This document shows, in pieces, positions 24,669-39,000 of a DNA stretch of 64,000 bases (position 1 is its first letter; the number at the start of each line of letters is the position of its first letter). The notes under the pieces were generated by a model, which saw only the letters and a program-made list of their open reading frames with translations, was not told the origin of the DNA and searched no databases. The translations under genes were made by a program, and so were the position numbers. The DNA comes from the human T2T-CHM13v2.0 reference genome, Homo sapiens, in the NCBI RefSeq assembly GCF_009914755.1, contig NC_060942.1; one strand, given 5' to 3'.

Positions 24669-27600
24669 GTGATTTCAATATTCATGCAGAAAAAAGGTCT
24701 CAACTCAGACCTTATTAAGTCAAAATTTATACAATTGAGACAATGTTTGGAATGGAGCTTAACTTTTGGATTGTTAACCTTTCTGCCAACTAAATACTAT
24801 AATGCAATCTATGAAAAAAGTGTAAGGACATACAAAATGTATCAGATTTCAGAATGAATATTAAACTTCTAAGAGAACATATGATTATGACACATATTCA
24901 AAGTGTATTTTATAATCTGAAAATTTTTAAATTCCCTGAGGGATGAGGCCATGTTTTATACATTTTAGTACTTTTGATAGCACTTCATACAGCATTTTGT
25001 GTATGGTAAAGGCTCAGTTAAAATTAGAATTTATACATTTTTGCTAATTACAAATGTCATATCTAGACAATTGTACAACCAAGTAATTGGTTTTATATTG
25101 ACTGTTTTATAATACAAATATCTTATAACTTAAAAATGATCTTTTCTACTTAACTGGAATAATGAGAATTTACCACTTAAGAATTTTAGTATTCATCAAT
25201 ATGAAAATTAGTATCATTTTATACTTAAAATCATTATACAGCTATCCCTAGATACAGTATGATATCATTGATTTTCCCAGATTATTTATATTCTTTGTTA
25301 TAAATTTAAATATATTATTTTAATTTATTTTGGATACATTCCAAATCTATGCACTCTTGAATTAATGGCCATCATATCAGCAGATATTTTAAAACAAATA
25401 TGGGAGAATATAGAATCTATATACCTATCTAGATACCTCATATATTTAATTTATATCACACCAATAAAGGTTTTTTTAGTAAAAGGTTAGGAAATCCAAT
25501 AAAATATCAATTAAATTTTTTTATATGTACTCATCTTTCCCCTGAGTACTTCATTATTAATTTGTGTATTTTACAGAAAATCTTTTGAAATAGATAACCA
25601 ATATTTTAAAAACAATAGAATCAGAACTATTTGGTTTCTCTTGCAACTAAACCTTCCTTATGATATTGTGATGTAGAAAATAAGAGATAACCTATCAATT
25701 ATATTTTCGGACTTATATGTCACTTTTTCCCCCAAATGACTTGAGTCAGTTAAATACATATGAATACTAAACAGTGTAAGTTATCTCAGTAAGCAACTGA
25801 TACTCTTAAGATTATAGTTGTGAGATAACAAAATGTTCTCCCTACCAAATGTTTTGCCTTTCCTTATTCTGATATCAGGGGCTTTATTTCTGTTCATTAG
25901 ACTGTTTTTAAATGGGAAATTTTGCATGTTATTAGATTTCTCTCTACATATATTAAATATCATTTATGTTTGAACCACAATTTCAGGGGTATTTTTTAAT
26001 ATATAACTTTTTATAAATTTAGAGAAAAACATCCTTCTATTCCAAACATCATTCTTGATGAAGATAACTGTTAATCCTGATATTTGTAAAAGTCAAGTGT
26101 TATTTATAAATATTATATTTAAATTAACCTACTATCTTGACATATAGTTTCCATTTCATGGCCGAAATAAAGGCTATTCTTCCTGTTATTGGAAAGTAAA
26201 GTTACTTTTATTAAAGAAGATATATCACAAGCTAGAAGTCACTGCTAGACTAGAATATGTCGCAGAAGGTTGCAATAGATTATGCCACAAGCAATTTTTT
26301 TCATTGTATTTTGTTTTTGCATTTAAGTAAGATGTCTCCTCATTCTGCTTTTTAAATTTTCTTTTCAACAGATAAAAACTTGAATAAAAATTACCACAAT
26401 CCACTCAACATGCAGACACTTATTATCCTATTGTTAAGTGGCACTATTAGATAATTCACTCCATTAAGGTACATAAACCTGTAACTAATACCAAATCCTT
26501 TGAACATATGGGCTTGTCAATTCTGTTAGGTGCTTTTGCCTGCTACAAAATACATCTGTTTATTTGGTGATCATACTGTCAACACTGTTTCTAACATAAT
26601 ATATGTTTCATTTCCATTTTTTCCAGGTCAAAATTCAAATATCATTTTTTCAGTATTCCATTTTTTTTAGATATCATGGTATTTCTGGAGATTAGGGCAA
26701 TACAGAAGAAATATCTGATGTCACTAAGGGAATTTAGAAATATTTTCAAAATCAGTTAAATAAGAATTCTACTAAAATGAGTCATAATTCTTTCAGCCTG
26801 ACTACATTTAATCACAACTTATTCATGATTTATTGAATATTTACTTGGCATATGAAATCGTTTTCAGATATTAGGCAATTATAATAATATGTATCTCTTA
26901 GAAATGTGTATTTTTTAGTCTTGATTTCGAAATTTATTGCAGGTAAAGCAGAAACATGCTTATTTTCTTTTTTCTTTTTCATCAGCCAAAATCTCCCACA
27001 GATAACTCCATCTTTATGCACAGACTGTTTCTTTACATTAATGAATCACATTACATATAGGGAAGGTCATCTCATGAAAGCCACATTATTTCACGGTCCA
27101 TTAAATGAAACGCTTACTCTACATATAAATCTGCTCTAAAAAATCTTAAAGAAGCTTGTGAGATACAAGTTAATAAACTTTCATTAACAGTGATCACATT
27201 TCTCACTACATAAAAATTTTCTTTGTTTATAAAAAAGCTTAACTTGCTTCCTTTAGATATATGAAAAAGAGCTTTGCAGGTAAGGTAATTTTAGCAGCAG
27301 TGTGCATTAATATTTATAATGGCTATATATATAATTCATATAGCTATGCACACTTTTTTAAAAACTAGAGGTCTAGAATTAATGTACAGAATGCAATTTT
27401 ATTACATTTATTTCAAATCAGTTTTGTGGCATATAGTATTCAATGAAATACCTTTGTCAGAAAATAGAAAGCTCAAGTAACTAAATTCAAAAAAAGTAAA
27501 CTAACCTCAGAGTACAATGTAATTCCCCAGCATGAACCTTACTTCAGTTAATGATTGATCTAAGTCAGATGACCTATTAAGAAAATCAACAATCCTGACT

Positions 27601-28867
27601 TGAGGTCATTACAATCATACCAAATTTAACCTAAAAATTCTGAAACATAGGTAGAAGGAGGAAATATCTACTATTTGCTATTTTTTTTTTTTTTTTGCAT
27701 AAAACTAAAATCACCATGCCTTATATTTAGCATATGTTGTATTTATTTATAATATTACTATTCTTAATCTCCATTTAGGAAAGTATGTGACTTTTAATGA
27801 GATGTTAAAGAAAAGAGGTGGGGAAAATGAAAAAAGAAATTTATAACTATGGTGAGCACAAAAATAAAAAAAACCCATGTATTTTAGTCAGATAATTAAA
27901 AGAATATTTAACAGGTAAATCATAGCACAATTTAGGGGATATTATTAAGTTGGAGTCTGTCTTATTTATTAAGGATCTGAGGCAACACTTTGAGTACAGG
28001 GTGAAAGCTAGGTCTAAATTTATTTTTTTCCAAATATTTCTGTACTATAATCAAGGTTATGAGGAAAATAACTTTATAAAATGTACTTGCTAGATATGAA
28101 GTAGTTTCCCTCATGCTATTTGTTTCTTGTGTTGATTCACAAGGTGGCAAAACTTCTTCACTTTGTTGCTTAAATGTAAATGAACGCCAATGTGATATTA
28201 AGAAGTTACTGTTTTAAGTTAGTTTTAATTCAAATAAATGCCCAGCATTGACATACTTAGTTGTTGACTATTCAGTAGCGAGGATATATATTTTGTAGCA
28301 TTATGACTTAGAGGCAAAGAACATCAAAATGCAATGTGATGATATCATAAGGCAAGATGAAAGTACAGAGGAACAGTTCCATTTTCTCAGAATCCAGTAT
28401 AACAAAAATAACAGTATTTTATATTCAATATGGTAATTCATAGAAGGAAAATTTTCATATTTCCTTTATGTAATGTGTCTTAATTTCAATTATATATGGC
28501 ATCAAATAGTTTGGTTTCTTTTTTCCCAGTGGTAGGTGATCTCCTTCAGGCAAGGTTAATGTGCTGGTAATTGTCTGCCTCTTGCCAAAGAAGATTATTG
28601 TGCTCGTCAACTCGTACTGAAAAAGCTCATTTAGTATTTGTTAAAATAACAAATACACAGTCATAATGGAATAAATTTTATAGGCATGAAATGGTTTTGC
28701 AGGCATAAAATTTAAGAGTCAGAAATTAATTTCAGTTTCTGTTGGAGATGTGTTGATTTTGTAGAGACAGATTTTTCATACCAAACACTGTAAAACTCAC
28801 AAATATTTCAACTTTAAGAGTCCATGTATTTCTTAATGAATTAGAAAGTTGCTGATAGGATCAAAGA

Positions 28868-29837
28868 TGAAGGGGTGGCCTGCCCCTCCACACCTGTGGG
28901 CGTTTCTCGTCAGGTGGAAAGAGACACTTGAGAAAAGAAAGAGACAGACACAAAGTATAGAGAAAGAAAAGCAGGCCCAGGGGACCGGTGCTCAGCAAAT
29001 GGAGGACCCACGCCGGCCCAGTCTCTGAGTTCCCTCAGTATTTATTGATCATTATCGGGCGTTTCTCAGAGAGGGGAATGTGGCAGGACAATAGGGTAGT
29101 AATGGAGAGAGGGTCAGCAGGAAAACAAGTGAACAAATGTCTCTGCATCATAAACAAGGTAAAGAAAAAAATGCTGTGCTTTTGAGGTGCACATACATAA
29201 ACATCTCAGTGCCTTAAAGAGCAGTATTGCCTCCAGCATGTCTCACCTCCAGCCCTAAGGCGGTTTTCTCCTATCTCAGTAGATGGAATATACAATCGGG
29301 TTTTACATGGAGACATTCCATTGCCCAGTCGACAAGCAGGAGACAGATGCCTTCCTCTTATCTCAACTGCAAAGAGGCCTTCCTCTTTCACTAATCCTCC
29401 TCAGCACAGACCCTTTACAGGTGTCCCGCTGGGGGACGGTCAGGTCTTTCCCTTCCCATGAGGCCATATTTCAGACTATCACATGGGGAGAAATCTTGGA
29501 CAATACTTGGCTTTCCTAGGCAGAGGTCCCTGCGGCCTGGCCTTCGGCAGTGTTTTGTGTCCCTGGGTACTTGAGAGTAGGGAGTGGTGATGACTTTTAA
29601 CAAGCATGCTGCCTTCAAGCATTTGTTTAACAAAGCACATCCTGCATAGCCCTAAATCCATTAAACCTTGAGTTGACACTGCACATGTTTCTGTGAGCAC
29701 AGGGTTGGGGGTAGGGTTACAGATTAACAGTATCTCAAGGCAGAAGAATTTTTCTTAGTACAGAACAAAATGGAGTCTCTTATGTCTACTTCTTTCTACA
29801 TAGACACAGTAACAGTCTGATCTCTCTTTTCCCCACA
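28868..29837 (-). mobile_element. Solo LTR5 of HERV-K(HML-2), LTR5B-like
   Basis: 970 bp; minus strand runs TGTGGGGAAAAG...CCACCCCTTCA; minus-strand AATAAA at 29041-29046; TSD AAAGA at 28863-28867 and 29838-29842. Confidence 0.95.
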
Positions 29838-30280
29838 AAAGAGAGAGATTACTGTTTATTTTTATTTTTTGTTCTTACTCATTTCAAACTCATGAATTAA
29901 GTAGACTTTTAATTGAGGGACTTAGCAATTGTATTGCTGGGCAGATATTGTTCATATCTTTGAGAAAACAATGGTTTCCTTGTCACATTTCAATCTTTTA
30001 CTGACTGGTCTATTATGGTACTTTTCTAGGCTTTATACTTTTTCTACACTCTCAGAGCATATTTTCATGTCTGTGTTATGGCTATTGTAAATAAATAATT
30101 AAGTACTTTTGGAAAACGTTTGTTTTGTAGCATCATGATGTTAATTCACTCAAAAATTTGAACAAAATGGATAGACATTTTGAGTTACGCACAATAAAGA
30201 CGTTGTTCATTCAACAATATAGAGTACCAGACACTGAATGAGTACTTCACAGAGATTTACACATCCAATGCTGATAATAT

Positions 30281-30928
30281 TGTTATACCCAGATGAGTTA
30301 GAAAAATGCCACACTTTGAGACCAATTAAGAGTCCTTTATTTAAGCCGGCGGCCAAAGAGATGGCCAATGCTCAAAATTCTCTAGGCCGGAGGAAGGGGC
30401 TTGATTAACTTTTATACCTTGGTTTAGGAAGCGGAGGGGAACTCAAATGCAATAATTCTACAGACGTAAAAACCTGCAAGAATCAAAGAAACAAATGGTT
30501 ACAGAGAGATAAACAATTTAAAAGACAAATGGTTACAAAAAAGCAAGGGAACCAGGTATGGGGCTCTAAATCCTTCATTAGAGTTAGATATAGATGCTAT
30601 GCCGGACAGGGACTCAAGGCTTTATGTTGTTATCTCTTTGATAAAATCCTGGGAACTTCTTACATTGTTTGTTCCAGTATGTTATCAGTTAATTGGGCTC
30701 CTTTGAAATGCTGAGGATCTGCTTACACAGGTTAACTCCTTGAGGAAGGGGGTTGGGTAAGGAGCTCTTAATGTCTTGTAAATCAAGAAGCCAAATGGAG
30801 TTTGTCCAGCTTTCCCAGCCAAGAGAAAGTCTTATTCCTATGGGAAAAACAAGGCTGGGTAATTAAGGAGACAAGCAGGGAAAATTTAAAGGTAGCCAGT
30901 CAGAGTAAAAACAAGGTTAGGCATTACA
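30281..30928 (-). mobile_element. ERV1 solo LTR, LTR6-like (HERVS71/HERV-T group)
   Basis: Minus strand starts TGTAATGCCTAACCTTGTTTTTACT and ends GGGTATAACA; minus-strand AATAAA near 30336-30341; 4-bp flanks ATAT/ATGT. Confidence 0.75.
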
Positions 30929-30929
30929 A

Positions 30930-31296
30930 TGTCATAGCACATTTAAGCTTATAAAACAAAGTACCATAGTCTGGATGGCTTAAAAACAACAGAAATATAT
31001 TTCTCACGTTTCCAGAGGCTGGGAAGTAAGTCCAAGATCCAGTAGCTAGAAGATTAGGAGTCTGATGAGGGCCTGCTTCCTGGTTGGCAGATGGGTATCT
31101 TCTTGAATCCTTGCATGTTAGAAGGGGCAAGGCAGCTCTCTGGGCCCTCTTTGATAAGGGCACTAATCCAATTCATGAGAGCAAAGCTCTCATGACCTCA
31201 TCACCTCCCAAAAGCCTTGCATACTGACACCATCAAACTGGTGATTAGGTTTCAACATTATAGATTTTGGCAGGACACAAACATTCAAGTCATAGC
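30930..31296 (-). mobile_element. MLT1A-like MaLR LTR
   Basis: TGGCTTAAAAACAACAGAAAT...AAGTCCAAGATC...GATAAGGGCACTAATCC...GGACACAAACATTCAAGTCATAGCA. Confidence 0.85.
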
Positions 31297-31658
31297 AAAT
31301 AATAATAATAATAATAAACATGAGATCAGTATTCACACATTACTAGAACACTAACGAGGTTAGGAAAATTGCTTGTGTTCACAGAGCTGGCAGGTTCCAG
31401 CCTCATCTTAACAACCATATATGACTGTAAAGCCTGTAGTGCTAACTACCTCATCAAGATGCTTTCCTAAAATAGAACAACATTCTTGACCTTTCTTCCT
31501 CCATGCTCCTTTATAAAAGTCATCAGTTGTGGGCAATCTCTTGTGATTCCAGTTTCACCAAATGTCTCTGGTACTGCCAGAGATACTTGCTTGGCTGCAG
31601 AAAGCCTTGATGTTTGCAAATAGTGTGACATGCTACAGATGCCAGCGTGTTATCTTGG

Positions 31659-31695
31659 TGTGTCTCTGTCTGTGTGTGTGTGTCTCTCTCTCTGC

Positions 31696-31764
<69 letters not shown>
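31659..31764. repeat. (TG)n-(TC)n-(CA)n compound microsatellite
   Basis: TG at 31671-31682, TC at 31683-31728, CA at 31729-31764. Confidence 0.97.
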
Positions 31765-31767
<3 letters not shown>

Positions 31768-34700
31768 ATCTAGCTATCACCCCACAGGTACAAGTACTTA
31801 TTTGTTTATATAATTTGAATAAATAAATGACAATCACTTATTTTACATAACATGGGAAAATGATAAAATTACTTTCTTAATGAAAAGACACTCAGTAACT
31901 ACTGAGCTAAATAGTATCAATGAATCATCTGCATTGTAAGTTCTCATCAAAAATAAATCTGTCAGTGTAACCAAATGCAAACTGCAAAATTAATATTGTC
32001 AAGTTCATATAAAATGTGATTTGCTTACCATGAGCAGCTCAAAAATTTAAAAATATATCTATATTCTCTACGCCTGCCTATGATATAAAAATAGGTTCTT
32101 ACTGAAAATTTTATTCATGTACAAGTTAGCTACCTAGTTTATTTGGCTAGACTTTGTTGGTTGGCAGGACATCTTATAATGTGCTTATTTCCAGTAGATA
32201 ATTGGTTAAAACTGTTCTTAATAATGTTGGTTACTGAAGCATGCTGTTACAATGTAAACTTCAAGGCATTCCACATAAATGTTGTGGAAGAATCTCTTGT
32301 AGGACAGCAGTAAAGCAATTTGTCCTTGTTTATTCCTAGGAGAGCATATCCATATGCTTTCTTCCTATGATAGGATCCTTAAAGAACTGTCCTTTTTAAT
32401 TGCAATATTGTAATTGTGGCCTGTTGTTGCTGATACTACTACATTTTCTAATCTAATTAATAGATATTAAAACCGTTGACCTTGCACACTACTGGCTTGG
32501 GGAAAGGCATTTTTAAAAGCAGCCTTTCTTAAATGGTCACTTTATTATTTTTTTTCTAACATACATTATGTGTACTTATTTTCTTATTTTTGTTCTTTTC
32601 AAATACATTTTATCTTATTTGTGGCTTAGTGGTTTAGTTGTTTCTAAGTATCTTTTGCTGGAAAGTAGTTTGTAGCTTTTTGTACATTTATTATTTTTCA
32701 TATTTTAACATATTACAAGAAAAATCAACATAGTTAAGTGAAACTGAAATTCACTCATAGTTCTATCAGCTAGACAAAACTACTATTAATCTAGTTACAT
32801 ATTTATTTAGATCTTTTTCTGTACAAATTATCTCCCATGTACATAAGCACATACTCAAATACCTGTAGTTTAGTTTCTGTTTTTTACTTAGCAACACGTA
32901 TTCATATAAACAATTAACCATCTTCATCATCATGCTTGCTACATATGCATGAACACACACATATATAATGCATACTTGCTATCTGCAGACACAAACACAT
33001 ATACATATGATCTATAGTGTGTGAATATTACATACTTAAATATATTTAACAGAACAGTTGAGAATTATGGCTTGCCAAATGATTTGGTCATTATTTCAAT
33101 ACTATGCAACATGACTTGATCCTGCATCTTTATGTTTATATCATTCAAAATAATTTTCTATCTTCTGAATCTATAAATTAGAGACGAACATTATATGGCT
33201 AAGTGCTTTAGGGCAGTTTTTCAATTTTTCATAAATAATCAAAACCAGATATTACTGGTTATCCAAAGCATGATAAAATTATGTTTTGGGTATCATGGTG
33301 GTAAGATGTTTCCATCTGGGGAATTGTCATTTAGAAACCTAAGGGCTTTGAAGGTAAAACATTTGTTAAATTTTGTTTCAATAATGGTTTCTTCAAAATA
33401 ATTTAACAAGTAGGATAAAGATTTCATTCCAAATTGGGCCAGTTCATGCTACACCATTTACATGGAAATTGTATTATTCTGTGAGGGGAATAATGCTGCA
33501 GGCCCTTGGTTTCTATATAGTAAATTATTTCAATAATAATAATCCCCAATGGATGCATCATGGAACAGCAAGTGTCTTATAATACGTAAGACACAGTATT
33601 CTGTGGGAAATGGAGATTTTCACATATGATTTGTTTCACAGGATAAAAATCACAGCGTTATATAGTCACAACATGAACAATGCCCTTTACATTGATTTTA
33701 AAACAATTTTAATTAAAGAGTAAGTATGGGTGTGACATTTTTATGTAGAATAAAGAATTTATTTCTTCATGACCATAGCAGGATCTGGTTTTCCATCCCC
33801 CACCAAGAGATAGAGGGGCATCAGTGGCCTACAACTTCCGGAACAACTGTTTTGTTTAATTCATTACCTATCATTTACATTTCTTGGTATACTTGATTAA
33901 GTGACAGAGTAACTGAAGTAAATGAAAATACTTAAAGTTAGAGATTTTGAGTGAAATTTGAAGCTTATATTTGCAATATTCCCAGTACTTACATATATGG
34001 CCCAAAATATAATGGCTGCACATACATTATAGTTACCTTAGGAAGTTTCTAGTTCAAACCTTTATGTTAAAAATGAGGAAGTGGAGGGAGAGAGATGGCT
34101 ATATTTCTTTAGTTTGTAATGGATTTAGTGTCACTAGCTAGATCTCTAATTTTTATGCTGTATGTTCATTTCACAGTTAACTATTCATATAAAATTCAGG
34201 AAGTTAAATGTGATGTACTTTCTGAAATGGTTTTCTCATAAGTAGTAGGCAAATTCCAGTGTTCAGGTTTCCCTCTGCAAGTGTCTTAACCCTGAGCATA
34301 TTTTATTTTTATTCTGCAAGGAGAGCTTGGCATATTTTTTCAGCTTTTTAAAATTAGAATCTTATTAAAATGTATTGAACTATGACAGGGAAATTGTGAT
34401 TATTGTAAAAATAAAAATTCAAGTATAATTTCTCTTCTCATTCTGGTAAGGTGTTCCACCTCAGAGCTACTTATTTTTAATATGAAATGTTTGAAATTTC
34501 TGTTTAATCTAGAATTCACTTGACAAAAGTGGGAAATGAAAAAATTGTATTTTTTTCTTATGTAAGGAAAGCCATAACCTCAATGGTAATTGTCCTAGCT
34601 GGATCAAGTTTGTAATAATCCAAACATTTTTATATTGTGCATCATCATTACAACCATAATTTGAAATGCTTTTGCAATATATATACTCCATTTGCTAAAA

Positions 34701-35491
34701 GGTTTTAACTTATTTTTATTTTTGATTAATTAGTGCCTACATGTGTGTTTAAGCTAAGTAGAATTTTATAGCTTCTGAAATGTCACATAAGATGAAAGAA
34801 ATTAGCACCATTTTCTATGATAACAATTATGAAAATAAATTAGAATTACAGTTAAAGCATATTGTCGATGTACAGGGTAATTTCTGTGACTTTTATTTTT
34901 CTTTTAGATATAGCATACCAATCTTCCTCTATTTTAAATAAAATTCATAACTTTTAAGACTTTAATTTGTACTGACTCTAGAAGGTTTATTGCTAAATGA
35001 TGTCTTTTTCATTAATCTGCAATCTAACACATGCTATCTTTATTATCATTTTCACATTATTTTCTTCAATTTCTGACCTTTTTTACAATAAGCCAAAATT
35101 GAAGTGTATTTGGAAAAATCAATGAAACATTGAAGATGGCACCACCAGAACTTCATGATCACCAAATCACTAAAAGCCTCAAATGGGTCCACATATTGCC
35201 TGGAAGACCAATGATGGATCTCTGGTCATATTGCTGTGGTACTCTGCTAACTTCCCCATTTCAAACTTCTTCAACTCCTCGGAAGCCTCTATTATGCCTG
35301 TTCACTCCCTTCTGTCCCATTTCCCCACTACTCCCAGCAGAATCAACAGCTTTTCTGTCATACATATTTAGTGAATACCTGGCCATACACTAGTGGTTCT
35401 AAGTGCCGAGTGTAACTGTGAATCAAACCACTTATTCTCTCATATACTTGTGGTCTACAAATAATTAACATGCTAGGTGATGATAAGCTAG

Positions 35492-35902
35492 TATATTAGT
35501 CAGAATATATATATAGGAGTTTATTAAGTATTAACTTACACGATCACAAGGTCCCACAATAGGATGTCTGCAAGCTTGAGGAGCAAGGAGAGCCAGTCCG
35601 AGTCTCAAAACTGAAGAACTTGGAATCTGTTGTTCAAGGGCAGGAAGCATCCAGCAGGGGACAAAGATGTAGGCTGGGAGGGTAGGCCGGTCTCGCCTTT
35701 CACATTTTTCTGTTTGCTTTTTATTCTAGCCATGCTGGCAGTGGATTAGATGGTGCTCACCCAGATTGAGGGTGGGTCTGCCTTTCCCAACCCACTGACT
35801 CAAATGCTAGTCTCTTTTGGTAACACCTTCACAGACACACCCAGGATCAATACGTTGTATCCTTCAATCCAATCAAGTTGACACTCAATATTAACCATCA
35901 CA
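35492..35902 (-). mobile_element. MLT2A (HERV-L) solo LTR inserted into an L2 fragment
   Basis: CACAAGGTCCCACAATAGG...CAATCCAATCAAGTTGACACTCAATATTAACCATCACA; TSD GCTAG/GCTGG; L2-like flanks at ~35350-35490 and ~35903-36130. Confidence 0.92.
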
Positions 35903-38141
35903 GCTGGTGAAAGTTAAAATAAGTTATAAGAGATGGAAAATAACTGCTGTGCCTTTTGGATAGGAGAGTTGGGGAAAGCATCTGACATTTGTGTAAAAAC
36001 ACAATAGAAACGAGGCAATGATCTTTGCAAATATCCCGACAAGGGCAGTTTCCTGTAGAAGCAGCAGCACAAACTAATACTATGAGGTAGGAATATGCTT
36101 GTTTTATCTGAGGCACAAACATGGTATAATGTATATTTCATAGAGGAAACAATCCCTCAGGTGAATATTTAGTCAGCTTTTTGCCACCCCTCTTTATAAT
36201 GTGGTTGCATCGTTGTCATCTTTTCTTTCTGCCTCTGCTATAATGAATGACAAAGGAACGATTTTCCTATATGAAATCAATCTGACCATCAGAAGGATCA
36301 TCTCCTTCTACTAAGAAATCTTTTCTCTTTCTATCCTACATGTTTTTTCGTCTTTCGCTACTCTGTATTTCCTATTAATGTTGCAGTCCTAAAAACAAGT
36401 TAAAAAGCTTCTGCTAGTATTATGTTCCTTTCTAGCTACTGCATGTCCCAGACAGCACCCATTATGAAATTGTGGCTAATAAATTAAAAAATTGGATAAC
36501 TATACATGTTTTATATTAAATACTAACTCTAATTTCTGATTTAAGTATAGGAAACATTTCTAGTTATTACATCTAAGAGATATCACCAACCAGAATACTG
36601 TCTATAATTCCTAAAATATTTAGATTTTTCTATCAATTCACATTTACATGAATCTGTCTAAGCTGACAACCTAAATATTAAGTATTGGGTGTCTATTCAA
36701 GATAACATGAGATGAAGTCTTACAATCCTTAGTTTCAGGATTCAGCAAGAGTTGAACTTGCTTAGGACCCTTGAAGACTCTTGGTAATGCCTTTTTTTCT
36801 AGAATATTTTTATCTGATGTAAATATGAGAAAGTGTTGCAAACCCTAGAAGAACTTCCAAATGTATAGATGTGAATTGGCTGAAACAGTTATGTGTAGAC
36901 AGTAGTATATTTCAGAGTATCCAGAGCTTAAGACTCAATCTACAGGCATTCAATATTTGGGCATTTGTATACTTTGATAGAATTTGAGAAACTGTAAAAC
37001 TTCTACTTTATACCCAGGAGATTTTATCTTAGTAATTTGGCCAATATTAATAGTAAAAAATGAAAATTGGCTAAAAGAAAGTATAATATTATGTAGACCC
37101 AATTAAATCCTAGAATTTTAAAAATATGTATTTGTAATACATAACTTTTTAAAATGTTTGCTCTTTAATTTTACCTTTTCTAAAGTGTCTATTATATTTC
37201 TAGGTAATGGCATTCTCACCGTCGATTCTCAATCTGTTTCCCCCTTGGTTCATTAGATTATGGGACCATTCATGATCATTTTGGCATATACACATATAAC
37301 ATGTCTTTAAATGTGGCAAAAGTGAGGGAAGAAGTAACTCCCAACTTTCAGCCTGTTTACTTTGGAAAAAGCATTATGCATATGTGTATGAATATAGCAA
37401 CTAATTCTAGATTTACTGATTTATTTTAGAAATGGTTTGTTAATTGCCTAAGAGAACAAACTTTAAAGTGGTATTTTTTTTTGAGAATTAAACGTGACAA
37501 TGACAAACTGTGGATGTAAGATATGTTAATTTATGTACTTTCACATAATAAAATATATCTTAGAAAACATCATCATAAAGTGAAGATTCTTGTTATTACT
37601 GGAAATGTAAATATATATGGGACAGAGTTAACAATCTCAAGGAATTATTAGTCATATGGAAAAAGACTGATTGTGTAGGATTTGAATATTGTGGAGAAAA
37701 ACTGAGCATACACAGTGAGCTGCAAGATTTTGAGGAAGAGTTGGCTCTTACTGAGCCTGGAGTAGGGGAAGGGAAAGTGCAGAATTTAAATAAACACAGA
37801 TGATGTTAGGGAGTTCCAGAAAAGAAAATTAACAATGAGAGAAAAGCAAAATTAAAAATTCAGAACGGGTGTTTGGGAAGCAGTTGACAGAAAACTTGGT
37901 CCTATTTGAAGATTCCGAGTCCATCTCAAGAAATAAAATTGGAGTAGTAAGCAGACTTCAGATTTGCACTTATACATTCAATGAATACATCACTCAAAAG
38001 ACACATATTTTACTTGTAATGAATAAAATATTTTAAAACTAGGATGATTGTATTCCTCTTTATTCACCAACTTTGAAAATATTAACTAGTAGAATAAAAC
38101 ATTTAATGTTTTCCCTTTCTACCTCATAAAACTGACAGGTT

Positions 38142-38442
<301 letters not shown>

Positions 38443-38769
38443 AAAACTGACAGGTTATTTTATTATTCATGTAGAGCAGCACTAGGTGCCTCCACAAAAT
38501 TTCTTTAAGCAAATTTACTGGAATTCTGTTTCTTGTTCAGAGAAAGATACTGATTCTCATTATTTATTTCCTTTCCATTAGTATCCATACACATATTTAA
38601 ACTTTAAAAATAAATTCTAAAGAATACTAATGAAATAAAATTGTACTGCATTCCAGTGTGTAAAGTGACATCCGTTTTATTTCTCCATTTAAAATGAATT
38701 TTAAGTGAATAAATGCAAATGCACCAATGGCCTATAAAATATATTCTTCTATGTTATACTACTTTATAA

Positions 38770-39000
38770 TCAATTATGTTGGGAAGCAGACAAATTGGTT
38801 TTCAGTTCTGCCCCTTCACTGGCTCATGCAATATTTTTTTTTTCAAATTATATAAATTTAAATATGACAAATTGTATACCCCTCTTCAAAATGGGGTTAT
38901 TCACAACTACCTTAGACTTCACAAAATCATAATAATCAAATACATAAAATCATATTGGAAACTGTAAGTTGTCTTGCAAGTACAAAGTATTTTATAGTTT
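38770..39000 (+). mobile_element. MIR SINE
   Basis: GCAGACAAATTGGTTTTCAGTTCTGCCCCTTCACT...AAAATGGGGTTAT. Confidence 0.55.

Noticed and set aside
28988-29700. ORFs within the HERV-K LTR
   Set aside because: A solo LTR bounded by a TSD; no gag/pol/env sequence is present.
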